A stretch of DNA of 63,209 bases, the filler included, from Collodictyon triciliatum (lineage: Eukaryota): assembly GCA_043381765.1 (NCBI GenBank). It is 5 parts of 5 records of this genome, joined end to end, with 100 filler letters (N's around TTAATTAATTAA, not from the genome) between each part and the next. Parts side by side here need not be neighbours in the genome. Positions count along the whole stretch, not along the records: positions 61,298 to 63,209 come from JBHJMP010001563.1; 4 more parts are not named here. One strand, 5' to 3'. Made by a program: the position numbers and the translations under genes. A model generated the notes under the pieces. That model did no database searches. It was not told where the DNA came from and saw only the letters and a program-made list of their open reading frames with translations. Shown in pieces: positions 61,630-63,209 of the stretch. Each line of letters begins with the position of its first letter. Position 1 is the stretch's first letter.

Positions 61630-62433
61630 ATGAGCAGGAGCGGGGAGAGGCTGGGGCGGGGGCTGCGGCTGGTGCTGCTGGGGGCGCCGGGGGTGGGGAA
61701 AGGGACGTACGGGCAGGGCGTTGCGGAGGCGCTGGGGCTGCCGTTTGTGTCTGCGGGGGACGCGCTGCGTGCGGAGGTTGCGCGGGGGAGCGCGGCGGGG
61801 CGTGCGGCGGGGGCGGCGCTGCAGGCGGGGACGCTGGTGCCGGACGAGGTTGTGTGGGGGAGCGTGTGCCGGCGGCTGGAGGAGGTGGGGGCGGGGGCCG
61901 GCGGCCTCGGCTTCGTGCTGGACGGGTTCCCGCGGCGCGCGGAGCAGGCGCAGCATCTGGACGGGGCGGCGTGGCGCCCGCACCTCGCGCTGCATGTGCA
62001 CATGGCGGCCGCGCTGCTGGAGCGCAAGATCTGCGCGCGGCGCTCGTGCCCCCGGTGCGGCCGGTCGTACAACGAGGCCGACTTCCGCCCCGACGGCCTG
62101 GACCTGCCGCCCCTGCTGCCCCGCCGCCCCGGCCTGTGCGACCGCTGCGTCCCCGACTGCGCCCTCCTCATCCGCCCCGACGACCGCCCCGACGTCGTCC
62201 GCGTCCGCCTGCGCGAGTACGACCGCCTCGCCGCCCCGCTCCTCGCACACTACGCCGCCCCCGACACACACACACACACCCACACACACACCCACACACA
62301 CACACACACACCCCTCGACTCCCTCCCCCGTGTCATCTCCCGCATCGGCCGCAGGGTCGACGTCCCCGTCCTCGGCCCGCCCCGCCCCATGGTCCGCAGC
62401 ATCCTCGACTTTCTTGCCGGGGAGGTCTTCTGA
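61630..62433 (+). CDS. adk: Adenylate kinase with long Zn-binding LID, apparently intronless and extremely GC-rich
   Basis: P-loop LLGAPGVGKGT, GDALRAEV, GTLVPDEVV, GFVLDGFPRRAEQA, LID RRSCPRCGRSYN...CDRC...RPDDRPDVVRVRLREY. An alternative in-frame start lies at 61561. Confidence 0.92.
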   Translation: MSRSGERLGRGLRLVLLGAPGVGKGTYGQGVAEALGLPFVSAGDALRAEVARGSAAGRAAGAALQAGTLVPDEVVWGSVCRRLEEVGAGAGGLGFVLDGFPRRAEQAQHLDGAAWRPHLALHVHMAAALLERKICARRSCPRCGRSYNEADFRPDGLDLPPLLPRRPGLCDRCVPDCALLIRPDDRPDVVRVRLREYDRLAAPLLAHYAAPDTHTHTHTHTHTHTHTPLDSLPRVISRIGRRVDVPVLGPPRPMVRSILDFLAGEVF

Positions 62434-62488
62434 TTCGCCACACTGGCCCCCCTCTGCCCTGGCCTTCTGTGGTGACGACGACGACGAC

Positions 62489-62519
<31 letters not shown>

Positions 62520-62524
62520 GTTGC

Positions 62525-62559
<35 letters not shown>

Positions 62560-62956
62560 GTCCTTGCCGCGCGCCAATCAGTATCTTTATCGTGTTGCTT
62601 CTTCTTGTTGCTTCCCTCTCTGTCTTTCTGTTCCTTCGTCTCTGCTCTTCTTCTTCTCTCTCTCTCTCTCTTCTCATATGCCTGGTGGCGTGGATGGAAT
62701 GTCCTGGAAACGTTGCGGCAATAAAAGAGGACAGTTTCAGAATGACTTGTTGTGTGTAGGGGATCCTTGTTTCTGCAGAGTGTCGATGCATTTGGGCGTG
62801 AGTGTTGTGGGGTGGATCGGATTTTATTCCTTTCCTTTCCTTTTCTTTTCTTTTTTTTTCTTTCCTTCTTTCTTTTCTTTTCTTTTCTTTTCTTTTCTTT
62901 TCTTTTCTTTCTCTGCTCATCGTATAATGATATTGTGTGTAGTTTGCGTTGGAGAG

Positions 62957-63114
62957 ATGCAGGCAACAACAGCAGCAACAAAGCAAAAGGTGGCGGAAGA
63001 GCTTCCCCAGTGGATTGCATCCACGCTCGGGGCAAATACGGTATACAGAGATCTGCCCCAGTTGGCTGAGCAGTTGTCCCCGGAGGAGTTGGACAAAATC
63101 ATTCATGCCCTTCG
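62957..63114 (+). CDS. Probable first coding exon of an unidentified gene continuing beyond the window
   Basis: MQATTAATKQKVAEELPQWIASTLGANTVYRDLPQLAEQLSPEELDKIIHALR, followed by GTTTG and a pyrimidine/(CT)n intron-like tract. Confidence 0.4.
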
Positions 63115-63157
63115 GTTTGCTGTGATTTTATTCTCCCCTCTTTTTATTTTTTTTTTT

Positions 63158-63209
<52 letters not shown>

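Noticed and set aside
61242-63106. Long overlapping ORFs (309-428 aa) around the adenylate kinase
   Set aside because: Stop-poor GC-rich and repeat sequence. Only the adk frame carries family motifs.

Overview
Intron-rich, AT-rich, microsatellite-laden eukaryotic (probably protist) genomic DNA in the standard genetic code. It is broken by four artificial 100-bp linkers (N44-TTAATTAATTAA-N44) and several ordinary N gaps, so adjacency across the linkers is not trustworthy. Spliced genes reconstructed by eye: an SK/KCNN-type K+ channel (3' end not in the window), mitochondrial-type ribosomal protein L33, a CENP-E-like kinesin, an LRR-Roc-COR-PH ROCO protein, a probably N-myristoylated orphan, a ~1600-aa FAD-oxidase/SAM-methyltransferase fusion, a soluble-type class III nucleotide cyclase (partial), a large EF-hand membrane protein, importin-5 (partial), a RING-B-box-coiled-coil-NHL (TRIM-NHL) protein, alpha-COP (partial) and a very GC-rich adenylate kinase. 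Three observations stand out. (1) A family of ultra-short (20-40 bp) insertions with core CTTTGAATCGAATAAAGG(G)A(n) occurs 7 times on both strands, and 6 copies are flanked by 14-18 bp target-site duplications. (2) A decayed Fanzor (eukaryotic TnpB-like RNA-guided nuclease) keeps all three RuvC acidic residues and has a structured 3' flank. (3) The ROCO gene encodes five consecutive LRRs as exactly 69-nt phase-0 exons. All exon boundaries were inferred manually; no database searches were run.
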